Source: Candidatus Wildermuthbacteria bacterium RIFCSPHIGHO2_01_FULL_48_25 (lineage in GTDB: Bacteria; Patescibacteriota; Minisyncoccia; Minisyncoccales; UBA10102). From it: DNA of 40,893 bases. The position numbers and the translations under genes are program-made. The stretch's first letter is position 1, and each line of letters begins with the position of its first letter. This document shows, one piece after another, positions 9,841 through 19,264 of this stretch. A model generated the notes under the pieces. The model searched no databases. It was not told the DNA's origin and saw only the letters and a list, made by a program, of their open reading frames with translations. The DNA lies in assembly GCA_001823155.1 (NCBI GenBank), contig MHTR01000023.1, forward strand, positions 1 to 40,893, in the 5' to 3' direction.

Positions 9841-10998
9841 ATGACGACGCTACTGGTCACTGGAGCAACAGGCACTGTTGGCCAAATCGTCGTGCGCCTT
9901 CTCCTTGAGAGAGGACACGACGTTATCGCACTTGTGCGGGGAAAAAATGGAGAAAACGCGCAGGAACGCATGAGGAAAATCGTTCCTGGCGCGGAACGCC
10001 TCACGGTTCTTGAGGGAGACATTTTGGAACCGTTCGCGGGAGTGCGCACCGGAGATATAGCGCAGCTCTACGGAAACGTTCACGGGCTCGTGCACAGCGC
10101 GGCAAGCATTAAGTTCATTGAAACCCCAGACAAACTCGTTCACCGAACGAATGTTGAGGGCACCAAGAACGCGCTGAATCTTGCTTCGGCTCTGCGCATT
10201 CCTGCGATCTGTTACGTAGGCACGGCGTACGCCAACGGAAACAAATCGTTCTGCCTCGAAGACGCAGTGCCGGTTGACCCGCTCATTCAGCGAAACGCCT
10301 ATGAACTTTCGAAGGCACTGGCTGAAAAGCTCGTGCGAGAGTCGGGGATCCCATTCTCCATTCTGCGTCCCGCTATTGTCACGGGTGATTACCACACTGG
10401 ATTCACCCCTGAAGTCAATAGCGGATACGGAGGATGGTTCGAGGTCTTGTTCCGCCATGGTAAAGCGATTCAAAAAGAGTGGAAACAGGACCCCCAAAAG
10501 CTTCTGGGGTCGGGAATTCACGTTGACTCGCAGGGAGTCATTACCCTTCCCATTACCATCAGTGCCACCAAGGTGGGACCACTCCACTTGGTGCCACGCG
10601 ATTGGGTGGGAAGCACGCTAGTCGGATTGATTGAGAGCCCAGTACAGAACATGACGTTCCACCTCACGCATCCGAATCCGCCAAGCGTAAAGTTTGTCAT
10701 TGAACAATCCCTGGAACATCTGGGAATACGCGGTTTCAAAATTGGGTCAAGTGACCATGCGCCATCGGGCCGCGCTGGCGCAATTCAAAGAGTCATACAA
10801 GGACAATTGGCGCAGTTTAACCCCTACACGCGCCAGGACGTTCAAAAGTTTTCGAACTCCAACACCAGAGAAGTGCTGGGACCAAGGTGGGTGGCACCGC
10901 CTCCCATTACTCCCGACTATTTCGCGCGACTTCTCGATTACGCAATTTCCCAAAACTTCGGGCGAGAACGGGAACTTGTGAGCACAGGCAGAACGTAA
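9841..10998 (+). CDS. Extended SDR / thioester-reductase-like NAD(P)-dependent oxidoreductase
   Basis: TGATGTVG Rossmann motif, HSAA, NVEGT, YELSK, LRPAIVTGD. Confidence 0.85.
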   Translation: MTTLLVTGATGTVGQIVVRLLLERGHDVIALVRGKNGENAQERMRKIVPGAERLTVLEGDILEPFAGVRTGDIAQLYGNVHGLVHSAASIKFIETPDKLVHRTNVEGTKNALNLASALRIPAICYVGTAYANGNKSFCLEDAVPVDPLIQRNAYELSKALAEKLVRESGIPFSILRPAIVTGDYHTGFTPEVNSGYGGWFEVLFRHGKAIQKEWKQDPQKLLGSGIHVDSQGVITLPITISATKVGPLHLVPRDWVGSTLVGLIESPVQNMTFHLTHPNPPSVKFVIEQSLEHLGIRGFKIGSSDHAPSGRAGAIQRVIQGQLAQFNPYTRQDVQKFSNSNTREVLGPRWVAPPPITPDYFARLLDYAISQNFGRERELVSTGRT

Positions 10999-11037
10999 GT
11001 TCTGCTTTTTTCTTTGCGGAACTGATATAATATCTGA

Positions 11038-12600
11038 ATGAACGTTTTTGCTCTTTCGGGCATTCTTATTGGAACCACGAGCACTGCCATGGCGGTTTTG
11101 ATGATCCTTATTGGAAAGGAAAAGCTCCACCACATTTGGGGCTTGTTTTGCACGGCTGTCGCGGTGTGGGGGTTTGGCGCCTACCAAATAGCAACCACGA
11201 GTAATATTGCGCAGGCAGAACTCTGGTGGAGAATAACGCACCTCGGAGTTATTTTCATCCCCATTCTGTTCATGCACTTTGTATCAGAGTTCTTAAAACT
11301 CAAAAACAAGCCCTTCATTGTTTCTCTCTATACCCTTGGCTTCTTGTTCTTAGCTCTCAACGCGAAAGGGGATCTCTTCATTGCCAGCATGCGCTGGGTG
11401 TTCAACCAGTTTTACTATGACTCGCCCCCAGGCATTTTCTACATTCCTTTCACTTTCTTTTTCATAGGGTTGGTCATCTTGAGCCATTATATTCTCTGGA
11501 GAGCATTGAGAACCGCAACGGGGTTGAAGAAAAAGCAGATCCAGTATTTTTTCGCGGGCATGCTCGTAAGTTTCGCAGGTGGCAGTTTGAGCTTCCTTCC
11601 TGTGTACGGAATAGATTTTTATCCCATATTCAACCTGTTTGCCTTTCTCTACACCCCTATTCTCACCTTTGCCATTTTGCGAAAACAGCTGTTTGACATA
11701 CGGCTTGTGTTAACCCAGTTCTTGGTAGGAGCCATTGCTATTCTTTTACTCTTCAACTTCTTCACCTCTTCTTCGTTCTTTGAATACGCGTGGAAAGGAA
11801 CTTTATTTGTGGCTTTCTTGCTCGCGGGATACTTACTTATCAAGAGCGTGCTTAATGAGATTCGAATACGTGAGCAATTGGAAGAGGCGCTCACAAAACT
11901 CAAAGAGCTCGACAAAGCAAAGTCTGAATTCCTTTCCATTGCTTCGCACCAACTGCGAGCGCCGTTAACTGCCATTAAAGGATACTTATCCATGCTCATG
12001 GAAGGAACGTATGGAACAGTGGGGGAACAACAAAAGAGGCCCATGCAGAACGTGTATGATTCAAACGAGCGCATGATAAAACTCGTCAACGACTTGTTGA
12101 ACATTTCGCGCATTGAATCAGGAAAGGTGGAGATGAAAATGGAAGAGGGGAGTGTTGAAAAAATTCTGGAGAGCGTGGTGCAGGAACTTCAGGTAAAGGC
12201 GCACGAAAAACGCTTGGACCTGGTATTCGAAAAACCACAAAGTCCTTTATCTCTTTTCCGCTTTGATAAAGAAAAGATGCGCAATGTGGTGCTGAATCTC
12301 GTGGATAACGCCATTCACTACACAGAGCAGGGCAGCGTAAAGGTACAAGCCAGACAAACCGCGCAAAACACGATTATCTCGGTTACGGACACAGGGCTTG
12401 GCATGCGAGAAGAAGAAATAGCGCGGTTGTTCCAGAGCTTTACCAGAGGTGAAACAGGGAACAGGGCATGGGCAGAGGGTTCGGGTTTGGGCCTCTATAT
12501 CGCGAAACAATTCGTTGCTTTGCACAGGGGGAGGATATGGGCGGAGAGCAAAGGACAAGGCAAAGGTTCAACCTTTTTTGTGGAATTGCCTCTGGCATAA
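11038..12600 (+). CDS. Sensor histidine kinase with multi-TM (HisKA_7TM-like) N-terminus
   Basis: ASHQLRAPL H-box, NLVDNAIHYT N-box, DTGLGM, GSGLGL, GKGSTF. Confidence 0.93.
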   Translation: MNVFALSGILIGTTSTAMAVLMILIGKEKLHHIWGLFCTAVAVWGFGAYQIATTSNIAQAELWWRITHLGVIFIPILFMHFVSEFLKLKNKPFIVSLYTLGFLFLALNAKGDLFIASMRWVFNQFYYDSPPGIFYIPFTFFFIGLVILSHYILWRALRTATGLKKKQIQYFFAGMLVSFAGGSLSFLPVYGIDFYPIFNLFAFLYTPILTFAILRKQLFDIRLVLTQFLVGAIAILLLFNFFTSSSFFEYAWKGTLFVAFLLAGYLLIKSVLNEIRIREQLEEALTKLKELDKAKSEFLSIASHQLRAPLTAIKGYLSMLMEGTYGTVGEQQKRPMQNVYDSNERMIKLVNDLLNISRIESGKVEMKMEEGSVEKILESVVQELQVKAHEKRLDLVFEKPQSPLSLFRFDKEKMRNVVLNLVDNAIHYTEQGSVKVQARQTAQNTIISVTDTGLGMREEEIARLFQSFTRGETGNRAWAEGSGLGLYIAKQFVALHRGRIWAESKGQGKGSTFFVELPLA

Positions 12601-12623
12601 CCTAATGATATACTGGCACAAGC

Positions 12624-14042
12624 ATGCAACGAACATTGAGCTCAGAAACGCTTTCCCAAGTTGGGAAAACCGTGAAACTCGCGGGCTGGATACAAACCCG
12701 CAGAGACCACGGCAAAATCATCTTTTTTGACCTTCGGGATTCTGGAGGTATTTTGCAGTTGGTATGCACGCCCCAGGAAAAGGAGGTATATGAGCTCGCG
12801 CAGACGTTGAGATCCGAGTGGGTGGTAGAGGTTGAGGGCGAAGTGAAAGAACGGCCAGACGCAATGAAGAACGCGGAGCTGGCTACCGGAAACGTTGAGG
12901 TAGGAGTGAAAAAGCTTGTGGTGCTCTCTGAAGCCAAAACTCCGCCCTTTCCTATTGATACTCCTGGATACGACATTGATGAGGAAACGCGGTTGAAATA
13001 CCGGTACCTGGATTTACGAAGACCCCGGCTCCAGAAAAACCTCAAACTGCGTTCCGAATATGTGAAAGCGGTGCGCGAATACCTTTTCAGCAAGGGATTT
13101 TTGGAAATTGAAACTCCGCTTTTAACCAAATCCACCCCCGAGGGTTCACGCGACTTTGTAGTTCCAAGCAGAGCACAGCCTGGAAAGTTCTACGCACTTC
13201 CTCAAAGCCCTCAGCAATACAAACAACTGCTCATGGTTGCCGGGTTTGAAAAGTATTTCCAGATAGCGCGGGCTTTGCGCGACGAAGACCCCAGAGCAGA
13301 CAGGGGATTTGAGCACAGCCAGGTAGACTTGGAAATGAGTTTTGTGGGAATGGAAGACGTCATGAACGTGGTGGAAGAGATGACCGTGTTCGCGGTGGAG
13401 AAAATCGGAGGGAACATAGCAAAAAAACCGTTCCCTGTGTTTACCTATGAAGAAGCAATGAAACAATTCGGGGCAGACAAGTTTGATTTGAGAACCGAAC
13501 AAGAAAAGAAAGAGGGGATACTGAGTTTTGCCTGGGTTGTGAGCTTTCCATTCTTTGAAAAAGACAAAACAGGCAAATGGACGTTCACGCACAACCCGTT
13601 TTCAGCTCCTTTGAACGAAGAACATGAAGCAATGCTTTTGAAAGGAAAGGATATTGAGAAAATCATAACTTCGCAGTATGACCTGGTGTGCAACGGTCTT
13701 GAGGTTGCAGGAGGAAGCTTGAGAACGCATAAGCCCAATGTGCTGAGAGCAGTGTTCAAAACAATGGGGTACAAAGAACAGGAGATCGAGGAACAGTTCG
13801 GGCACATGCTGGAAGCATTCTCACACGGCGCTCCTCCGCACGGCGGATGCGCGCAGGGATTTGAACGACTACTCATGGCATTCCTGGGAGAGGAGTATCT
13901 GAGAGAAGTACAGGCATTTCCCCAAACAGGCCAGGGAAGAACCTCTGTTATGGATGCACCAAGCGAACTGTCTGAAGCGCAATTGAAAGAACTCCACTTA
14001 AAGGTGCAAAACCCTTCGACTAAACTCAGGGCAGGGAAATGA
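12624..14042 (+). CDS. aspS: Aspartate--tRNA ligase (short form lacking GAD insertion domain)
   Basis: RRDHG, YRYLDLRR, LPQSPQQYKQLLM, RDEDPRADR, APPHGG. Confidence 0.96.
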   Translation: MQRTLSSETLSQVGKTVKLAGWIQTRRDHGKIIFFDLRDSGGILQLVCTPQEKEVYELAQTLRSEWVVEVEGEVKERPDAMKNAELATGNVEVGVKKLVVLSEAKTPPFPIDTPGYDIDEETRLKYRYLDLRRPRLQKNLKLRSEYVKAVREYLFSKGFLEIETPLLTKSTPEGSRDFVVPSRAQPGKFYALPQSPQQYKQLLMVAGFEKYFQIARALRDEDPRADRGFEHSQVDLEMSFVGMEDVMNVVEEMTVFAVEKIGGNIAKKPFPVFTYEEAMKQFGADKFDLRTEQEKKEGILSFAWVVSFPFFEKDKTGKWTFTHNPFSAPLNEEHEAMLLKGKDIEKIITSQYDLVCNGLEVAGGSLRTHKPNVLRAVFKTMGYKEQEIEEQFGHMLEAFSHGAPPHGGCAQGFERLLMAFLGEEYLREVQAFPQTGQGRTSVMDAPSELSEAQLKELHLKVQNPSTKLRAGK

Positions 14043-15025
14043 CAAAGAACACCTTCTACTTTTTCGCGGCGTTCCTCTTGAGTATGCCTTTGTTCATGGG
14101 CATGAATACTGTTTCAAGCACCATTGAAAACACCTACTTTTTAGCAGAACTCTCCAAAAACCCCGAGGTGCTGGCAGCAACAACCGCAAACGCAGTGCTC
14201 CAGAGCGCTTTTTTTGAGGAACAGCCGTTTCGCAACACGTCAGTTCCTTTAACTGAAGTTTCTGCAAAGGCGGCGTTCTCCTTGTTTGTCAACAAACAGG
14301 GGAATACGAATGTGCTCTTTGCCAAAAACCAGCACGAGGCCCTTCCCATTGCGAGCTTAACCAAGTTGATGACTGCTTTGGTTGTTGAAACGTATTATCC
14401 ACAAGAAGAAATAATCACCATAACCAAAGAAGCCATACAAAAAGAAGAAAACACAGGGAACTTCAATATTGGAGAGCAGTTTTTGGTAAAAGACTTGCTT
14501 CGCTCTCTTTTAGTTGAATCATCCAACGACGCCGCAGCTGCCTTTGCCCTGCAGTGGGGACGGGAAACCTTTTTGCACGCAATGAATGAAAAAGCGGAAC
14601 AGCTTTCACTCGAACACACCTCGTTCGTAGACGAAGCAGGGGTAGACCCCAACGAAGGAGAACTCATAAACCGCGCAACCGCAAAAGACCTGGCTGAACT
14701 TTCCCGCTTTGTCATGGAAAACCACCCTGAAGTGTTTTCACTCTTGAGTATGACGTCTGCCGAATTGAGAACAGCTGAGGGAAAACTGCACCACACCGTG
14801 AAAACAACCAATGATTTATTGATTTCGAATGGTTGGGAGACAAAGGTGCTGGGAGGAAAAACCGGCTGGACCCCCAAAGCAAATGGATGCCTGCTCTTGA
14901 TCCTAGAGTCACCCGACGGAAAAGGATACCTTGTAAACGTTATCCTGGGGGCCCAAGACAGGTTCGCCGAAATGAAAACCATGGTGAACTGGGTATTTGA
15001 CGCATACGAATGGAAACAACCATGA
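14039..15025 (+). CDS. D-alanyl-D-alanine carboxypeptidase (peptidase S11)
   Basis: SxxK (ASLTK), SxN (SSN), KTG motifs; N-terminal anchor. Confidence 0.92.
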   Translation: MTKNTFYFFAAFLLSMPLFMGMNTVSSTIENTYFLAELSKNPEVLAATTANAVLQSAFFEEQPFRNTSVPLTEVSAKAAFSLFVNKQGNTNVLFAKNQHEALPIASLTKLMTALVVETYYPQEEIITITKEAIQKEENTGNFNIGEQFLVKDLLRSLLVESSNDAAAAFALQWGRETFLHAMNEKAEQLSLEHTSFVDEAGVDPNEGELINRATAKDLAELSRFVMENHPEVFSLLSMTSAELRTAEGKLHHTVKTTNDLLISNGWETKVLGGKTGWTPKANGCLLLILESPDGKGYLVNVILGAQDRFAEMKTMVNWVFDAYEWKQP

Positions 15026-16122
15026 TTCCAGAACCCTCGCTCAATATTATTAAAATAGCAGTAGCGGGATTCTCCGCGTTCGTGCTTGCTTTGCTCTTCA
15101 CTCCCGGCCTCATACGCATTATGTACAAATACCGGCTCTGGAGAAAAGACGTTCGAACCAAGGCTTTGGGCGGAGGAGAGGTTCCCTTTTTCCAGAAGTT
15201 CCACGGAGAAGGGGAAACTGGCATTCCGCGCTTTGGGGGACTGCTTATTTGGATTGTGCCCCCCGTACTCGCTCTTATCTTCTGGCTCCTTTCGTTTACG
15301 GGTATTGGATTTTTAGAAAAGCTCAACTTCCTTTCCCGCGCCCAAACATGGCTTCCTTTAGCAACCTTGTTAGCAGCTTCCGCAGTAGGGTTTTTGGATG
15401 ACATGCTCCAGGTGGTGCTCAAACCCTCAAAGGATTTCTTTGGAAAGCTTTGGGAAGTACTGGGAAAACACGCAGGAGGAGGGCTTTCTTTAAAATACCG
15501 CTTCTTCTTGGTTGCTTTGATTGGCTTGGTGGGCGCCTGGTGGTTCTTTTACAAGCTTGAGTTCACCACTCTGCTTATCCCAGGGGTTGGAAACTTTGAT
15601 ATTGGCATTTGGTATCTTCCCTTGTTCGTGCTCGTTATGCTGGCCACCTACAGTGGGGGAGTTATCGACGGCTTGGATGGCCTAGCTGGCGGCACGTTTG
15701 CCGCCATATTCACCTCATTTGGCATTATTGCTGTTTCAAACTCGCAGATCGATCTAGCCGCGTTCTCCATTGCCATGGCAGGCGCTCTGTTTGCGTTTTT
15801 GTGGTTCAATATTCCCCCTGCCAAGTTCTACATGGGAGAAACCGGCATGATCGGGCTTACCGCCACCTTGACAGTTGTTGCCTTCCTGACCGATTCAGTC
15901 GCGGTGCTGCCGATTATAGGGATTCTGCTTGTCATGGAATCAGGCTCTGTCATTATTCAGCTGCTCTCAAAGAAGTTCCGCAAAAAGAAACTGTTTTTGG
16001 CAGCTCCCATTCACCACCACTTTGAGGCTCTGGGCTGGCCCCACTACAAGGTAACCATGCGCTTCTGGATTATTGGCGTGGTGAGTGCTATTGTGGGGGT
16101 GGCAATACGATTACTGGGCTAA
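15022..16122 (+). CDS. mraY: Phospho-N-acetylmuramoyl-pentapeptide transferase
   Basis: GFLDD, DGLDGL, FLWFNIPPAKFYMGETG, APIHHHFE; ATGA coupling at 15022. Confidence 0.95.
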   Translation: MIPEPSLNIIKIAVAGFSAFVLALLFTPGLIRIMYKYRLWRKDVRTKALGGGEVPFFQKFHGEGETGIPRFGGLLIWIVPPVLALIFWLLSFTGIGFLEKLNFLSRAQTWLPLATLLAASAVGFLDDMLQVVLKPSKDFFGKLWEVLGKHAGGGLSLKYRFFLVALIGLVGAWWFFYKLEFTTLLIPGVGNFDIGIWYLPLFVLVMLATYSGGVIDGLDGLAGGTFAAIFTSFGIIAVSNSQIDLAAFSIAMAGALFAFLWFNIPPAKFYMGETGMIGLTATLTVVAFLTDSVAVLPIIGILLVMESGSVIIQLLSKKFRKKKLFLAAPIHHHFEALGWPHYKVTMRFWIIGVVSAIVGVAIRLLG

Positions 16123-16140
16123 GTTAATGGAAAAGTAAAA

Positions 16141-17484
16141 GTGCAAAAATCAAAATTACAACTTAAAGTTGAAAAATTACGAGGAAGATATCCTCGGTTT
16201 TTTTATCGCGGCTATCGACACGAAGTCAAAGGAAAGAACTTAGAAATTACTTTTTACTTTGAAGTTCCGCCCGACATTCGATTCCACCCCAAGGTTGTAA
16301 TCAAAAACATTCCCCAAACTAAGCGAAGCTTAGTTGGACTTGAGAATCTTGTGTTTCAGCTTGGACTTATGGAAATCCCAAGTTACTGGAAAGCAACCTC
16401 GAGCCCTGAAATTGTTATTGAAGCAGGTTCTTTGAATAAAGAACAAGTAGCGTGGTGGAAAGACCTCATACTGAAGGGAATGGGGGAGTATTTCTTTCAA
16501 AACAAAATTGATTTCACCACGCCAAACTTCCTTAGCATATCTTCGGTTGGAGTTCATCCTTGGCCCGACCAAGAAAATCCTTGGTCGGGCCAAGGAAAAC
16601 CCTCTTCCCAAACCTTAGTGCCAGTTGGGGGCGGGAAAGACGGGGTGGTAACGCTCAAACTGCTTAAAAAGGGAAATATGGATATTACGCCCCTTCTTTT
16701 GAATCCAAAGCCTGAGCAAATGAAAATCCTTAGCCTGGCTAAGGCAGGAGAACCAATTGTGGTAGAGAGAATTATTGACCCAAAGCTTTTGGAGCTCAAC
16801 AAAAAAAGATATCTAAATGGGCACACGCCGTTTTCCGCGTATCTTGCGTTTCTCACGGTTTTGGCCGCGGCGCTCTTTGGCCATAAATACATCGCGCTTT
16901 CTAATGAACGAAGTTCCAATGAAGGAAATGTAAAGTACCTGGGAAAGGTTATCAATCATCAGTACTCAAAAACATTCGAGTTTGAGAAAAAGTTTCGTGA
17001 ATACAATAAGAAATACTTGGCGAAAAATATTGAATACTTCAGCTTTTTGAGACCCTTGTATGAACTGCAAATCGCAAACATATTCTCGCGGTATCCAAAA
17101 TACTTCCCGGTATTCCTGAGTTGCAATGAAGCACGGAAAACAAAGTCGGGCACACAAAGGGGAACAGGGGAGTGGTGTGGAAAATGCCCCAAGTGCCTCT
17201 TTGTATTTCTTGCTCTCTATCCTTTTATGGGAAAAAAACGCACAGTTGCCATATTCAAAAAAGATCTCCTTGAAGATAGAAAACTCAAACCTCTTCTAGA
17301 TGAACTTACAGGCAAAAGAAAATTCAAACCCTTTGAATGTGTAGGCACTATTGAAGAAAGCAAAGCCGCGCTTGCCCTCGCTTTGGGGAAAATACACGAC
17401 CACAAGATTCTGCATACTTGGAATAGCCAACACTTTTTGCCTTCGGTTTTCCAAAAATTACTTAGGCGAGCCATTGACAAATAG
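16141..17484 (+). CDS. murL: UDP-N-acetylmuramoyl-L-alanyl-L-glutamate epimerase (MurL-like)
   Basis: SYWKA, GGGKD, NGHTPFSA, SNERS, NHQYSK, SCN, WCGKCPKC, KPFECVG; located in the mur cluster next to murD. Confidence 0.85.
   Translation: MQKSKLQLKVEKLRGRYPRFFYRGYRHEVKGKNLEITFYFEVPPDIRFHPKVVIKNIPQTKRSLVGLENLVFQLGLMEIPSYWKATSSPEIVIEAGSLNKEQVAWWKDLILKGMGEYFFQNKIDFTTPNFLSISSVGVHPWPDQENPWSGQGKPSSQTLVPVGGGKDGVVTLKLLKKGNMDITPLLLNPKPEQMKILSLAKAGEPIVVERIIDPKLLELNKKRYLNGHTPFSAYLAFLTVLAAALFGHKYIALSNERSSNEGNVKYLGKVINHQYSKTFEFEKKFREYNKKYLAKNIEYFSFLRPLYELQIANIFSRYPKYFPVFLSCNEARKTKSGTQRGTGEWCGKCPKCLFVFLALYPFMGKKRTVAIFKKDLLEDRKLKPLLDELTGKRKFKPFECVGTIEESKAALALALGKIHDHKILHTWNSQHFLPSVFQKLLRRAIDK
16558..16595. 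repeat. Palindrome doublet inside murL
   Basis: ccttggcccgaccaag-aaaat-ccttggtcgggccaagg; encodes PWPDQENPWSGQG. Confidence 0.88.
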
Positions 17485-17551
17485 GCAGGGTTAGCTAATA
17501 ATGTCCAAACGGGTACTTGGGGTTCATCGTAGGTACGGAGGATACGATACC

Positions 17552-17887
17552 TTGTCCACAGTAGTGACTGCTTTCGACGTCGTCCCCGGAAGGATCGCGG
17601 AGAAGGATCTCAAGGCAGGCAATGTTGTGCGAATCCCCTTGAAGGACGCACAAGATCCATGGCCAGAAGAGGTCGAAGGCCACATCTTGGCCGCAAATCC
17701 GATCCGAAATGGAACCGGTGCGGTTCCGACGGAAATCGACGTACTCGGAGTAGCCTACGTACTCGGCTTGATACAGTTTTTCAAGGGGGTACTCATCGTG
17801 GTGGCAAGCACCGGAGGAGGTGAAATCTGCTTCTCCCCGACCCTGGGGTGGTTCGTCGCTAAAAAGAGGAGGGCTCCGGCTCTCTAG
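17552..17887 (+). CDS. Orphan hypothetical protein in promoter-terminator cassette between murL and murD
   Basis: TTGACA at 17474, GGAGGA SD before TTG 17552 (alternative ATG 17501), terminator 17917-17948. Confidence 0.6.
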   Translation: MSTVVTAFDVVPGRIAEKDLKAGNVVRIPLKDAQDPWPEEVEGHILAANPIRNGTGAVPTEIDVLGVAYVLGLIQFFKGVLIVVASTGGGEICFSPTLGWFVAKKRRAPAL

Positions 17888-17916
17888 TAGTCCCCGAGCA
17901 ACATCGCTCGTGGAGG

Positions 17917-17948
17917 GGAGAGTCCAACCGGACTCTCCGTTTTTATTT
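17917..17948 (+). terminator. Intrinsic terminator
   Basis: ggagagtcc-aacc-ggactctcc then gtttttattt. Confidence 0.85.
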
Positions 17949-17967
17949 AACTAGGCCTCGCCTAGTT
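17949..17967. repeat. Intergenic 19-bp palindrome singlet
   Basis: aactaggcctcgcctagtt followed by atccac. Confidence 0.85.
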
Positions 17968-18001
17968 ATCCACCCCTTTTTTATGCTAAAATAGCGAAAT
18001 A

Positions 18002-19264
18002 ATGCGCGTACAAGACCTCAAAGATAAAAAAATCCTTATTCTGGGCTTTGGTAGGGAAGGGAAAGATACCCTTTTGTTTTTGCGAAAGTATTTCTCAAAA
18101 AAGAAGATTGGTATTGCAGACCAAAAGCAGGGGAGCGGGTACCTTAAGAAAATCAAGGATTACGACGTTATTATCAAGAGCCCCGGAGTTCCTAACTGGA
18201 AAATCGCTCCGTTCTTGAAGAAAAAACAAGTTGTAACCTCACAAACCGACATATTCTTCAGTGAATGCCCGGGAACCATTATTGGGGTTACCGGAACAAA
18301 AGGTAAAAGCACTACAGCTTCTATGATATATGGCGTTTTGAGAAGCGGAGGAGTGCGAGCGCATTTGCTGGGGAATATTGGGGAGCCAGTCCTTTCACAC
18401 CTTGCAAAGGCAAAACCAGAGGATGTCTTTGTATACGAACTTTCGAGTTTTCAACTCGAAAATCTAAGGAAAAGCCCGCATATTGCAGTACTCCTGAACG
18501 TATACCCAGAACACCTCGACCATCACCAAAGCCACGCAAAGTACGCGTGGGCAAAAGCACGCATTGCAATGTATCAAACACCAACCGATTTCCTTATCTA
18601 CAACCAAGACAGTAAAGTTGTTTCAACCATCGCAAAACTCTCAAAAGCCCAAAAGCTTCCATTCAAACTTGGCCCGACCAAGTTATCCACAACTTGGTCG
18701 GGCCAAGTTTCACGCCCGGTTTTGGCCTCGGTTAAGCCTGCGAGAATTGTAGGAGAACTTTTTGGAATACCAAAACAGAAAATCGAAAGGGCTATTAAGA
18801 ACTTCAAGCCCTTGGAGCATCGCTTGGAAAAAGTAGGGGAATGGAAGGGGATTACTTTCTATAACGATTCTTTGGCAACAATCCCAGAGGCAACAGTAGC
18901 CGCGCTCGACGCGTTGGGGACAAATGTTTCAACACTCATTGCCGGCGGATATGATAGGGGATTGGATATGAAAAAACTGGGGGAGCGGATAAAGAAAAGT
19001 AACATAAAAACGCTCATTCTTTTCCCAACAACAGGAACAAAAATACTGCAAAGCATAAAGAGGCCCCCTCAATCATTTTTCGCAAAAGATATGAAAGAAG
19101 CGGTGCGGTTGGCGTACTTGCACACACCAAAAAAGAAAATCTGTTTATTAAGCCCTGCTGCTTCCAGTTTCAATATGTTCAAAGATTACAAAGATAGGGG
19201 AGAGCAGTTTAAAAAGTGGGTGGCGTATTATGGAAAGAGGAAAAAAATATCTTTTCAAGCCTGA
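18002..19264 (+). CDS. murD: UDP-N-acetylmuramoyl-L-alanine--glutamate ligase (probably MurD2 type given murL)
   Basis: LGFGREG, KSPG, GTKGKSTT, ELSSFQL, EHLDHH, HRLE, NDSLAT, SPAASSF. Confidence 0.95.
   Translation: MRVQDLKDKKILILGFGREGKDTLLFLRKYFSKKKIGIADQKQGSGYLKKIKDYDVIIKSPGVPNWKIAPFLKKKQVVTSQTDIFFSECPGTIIGVTGTKGKSTTASMIYGVLRSGGVRAHLLGNIGEPVLSHLAKAKPEDVFVYELSSFQLENLRKSPHIAVLLNVYPEHLDHHQSHAKYAWAKARIAMYQTPTDFLIYNQDSKVVSTIAKLSKAQKLPFKLGPTKLSTTWSGQVSRPVLASVKPARIVGELFGIPKQKIERAIKNFKPLEHRLEKVGEWKGITFYNDSLATIPEATVAALDALGTNVSTLIAGGYDRGLDMKKLGERIKKSNIKTLILFPTTGTKILQSIKRPPQSFFAKDMKEAVRLAYLHTPKKKICLLSPAASSFNMFKDYKDRGEQFKKWVAYYGKRKKISFQA
18666..18709. repeat. Palindrome doublet inside murD
   Basis: aacttggcccgaccaagtt-atccac-aacttggtcgggccaagtt; encodes KLGPTKLSTTWSGQV. 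Confidence 0.9.
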
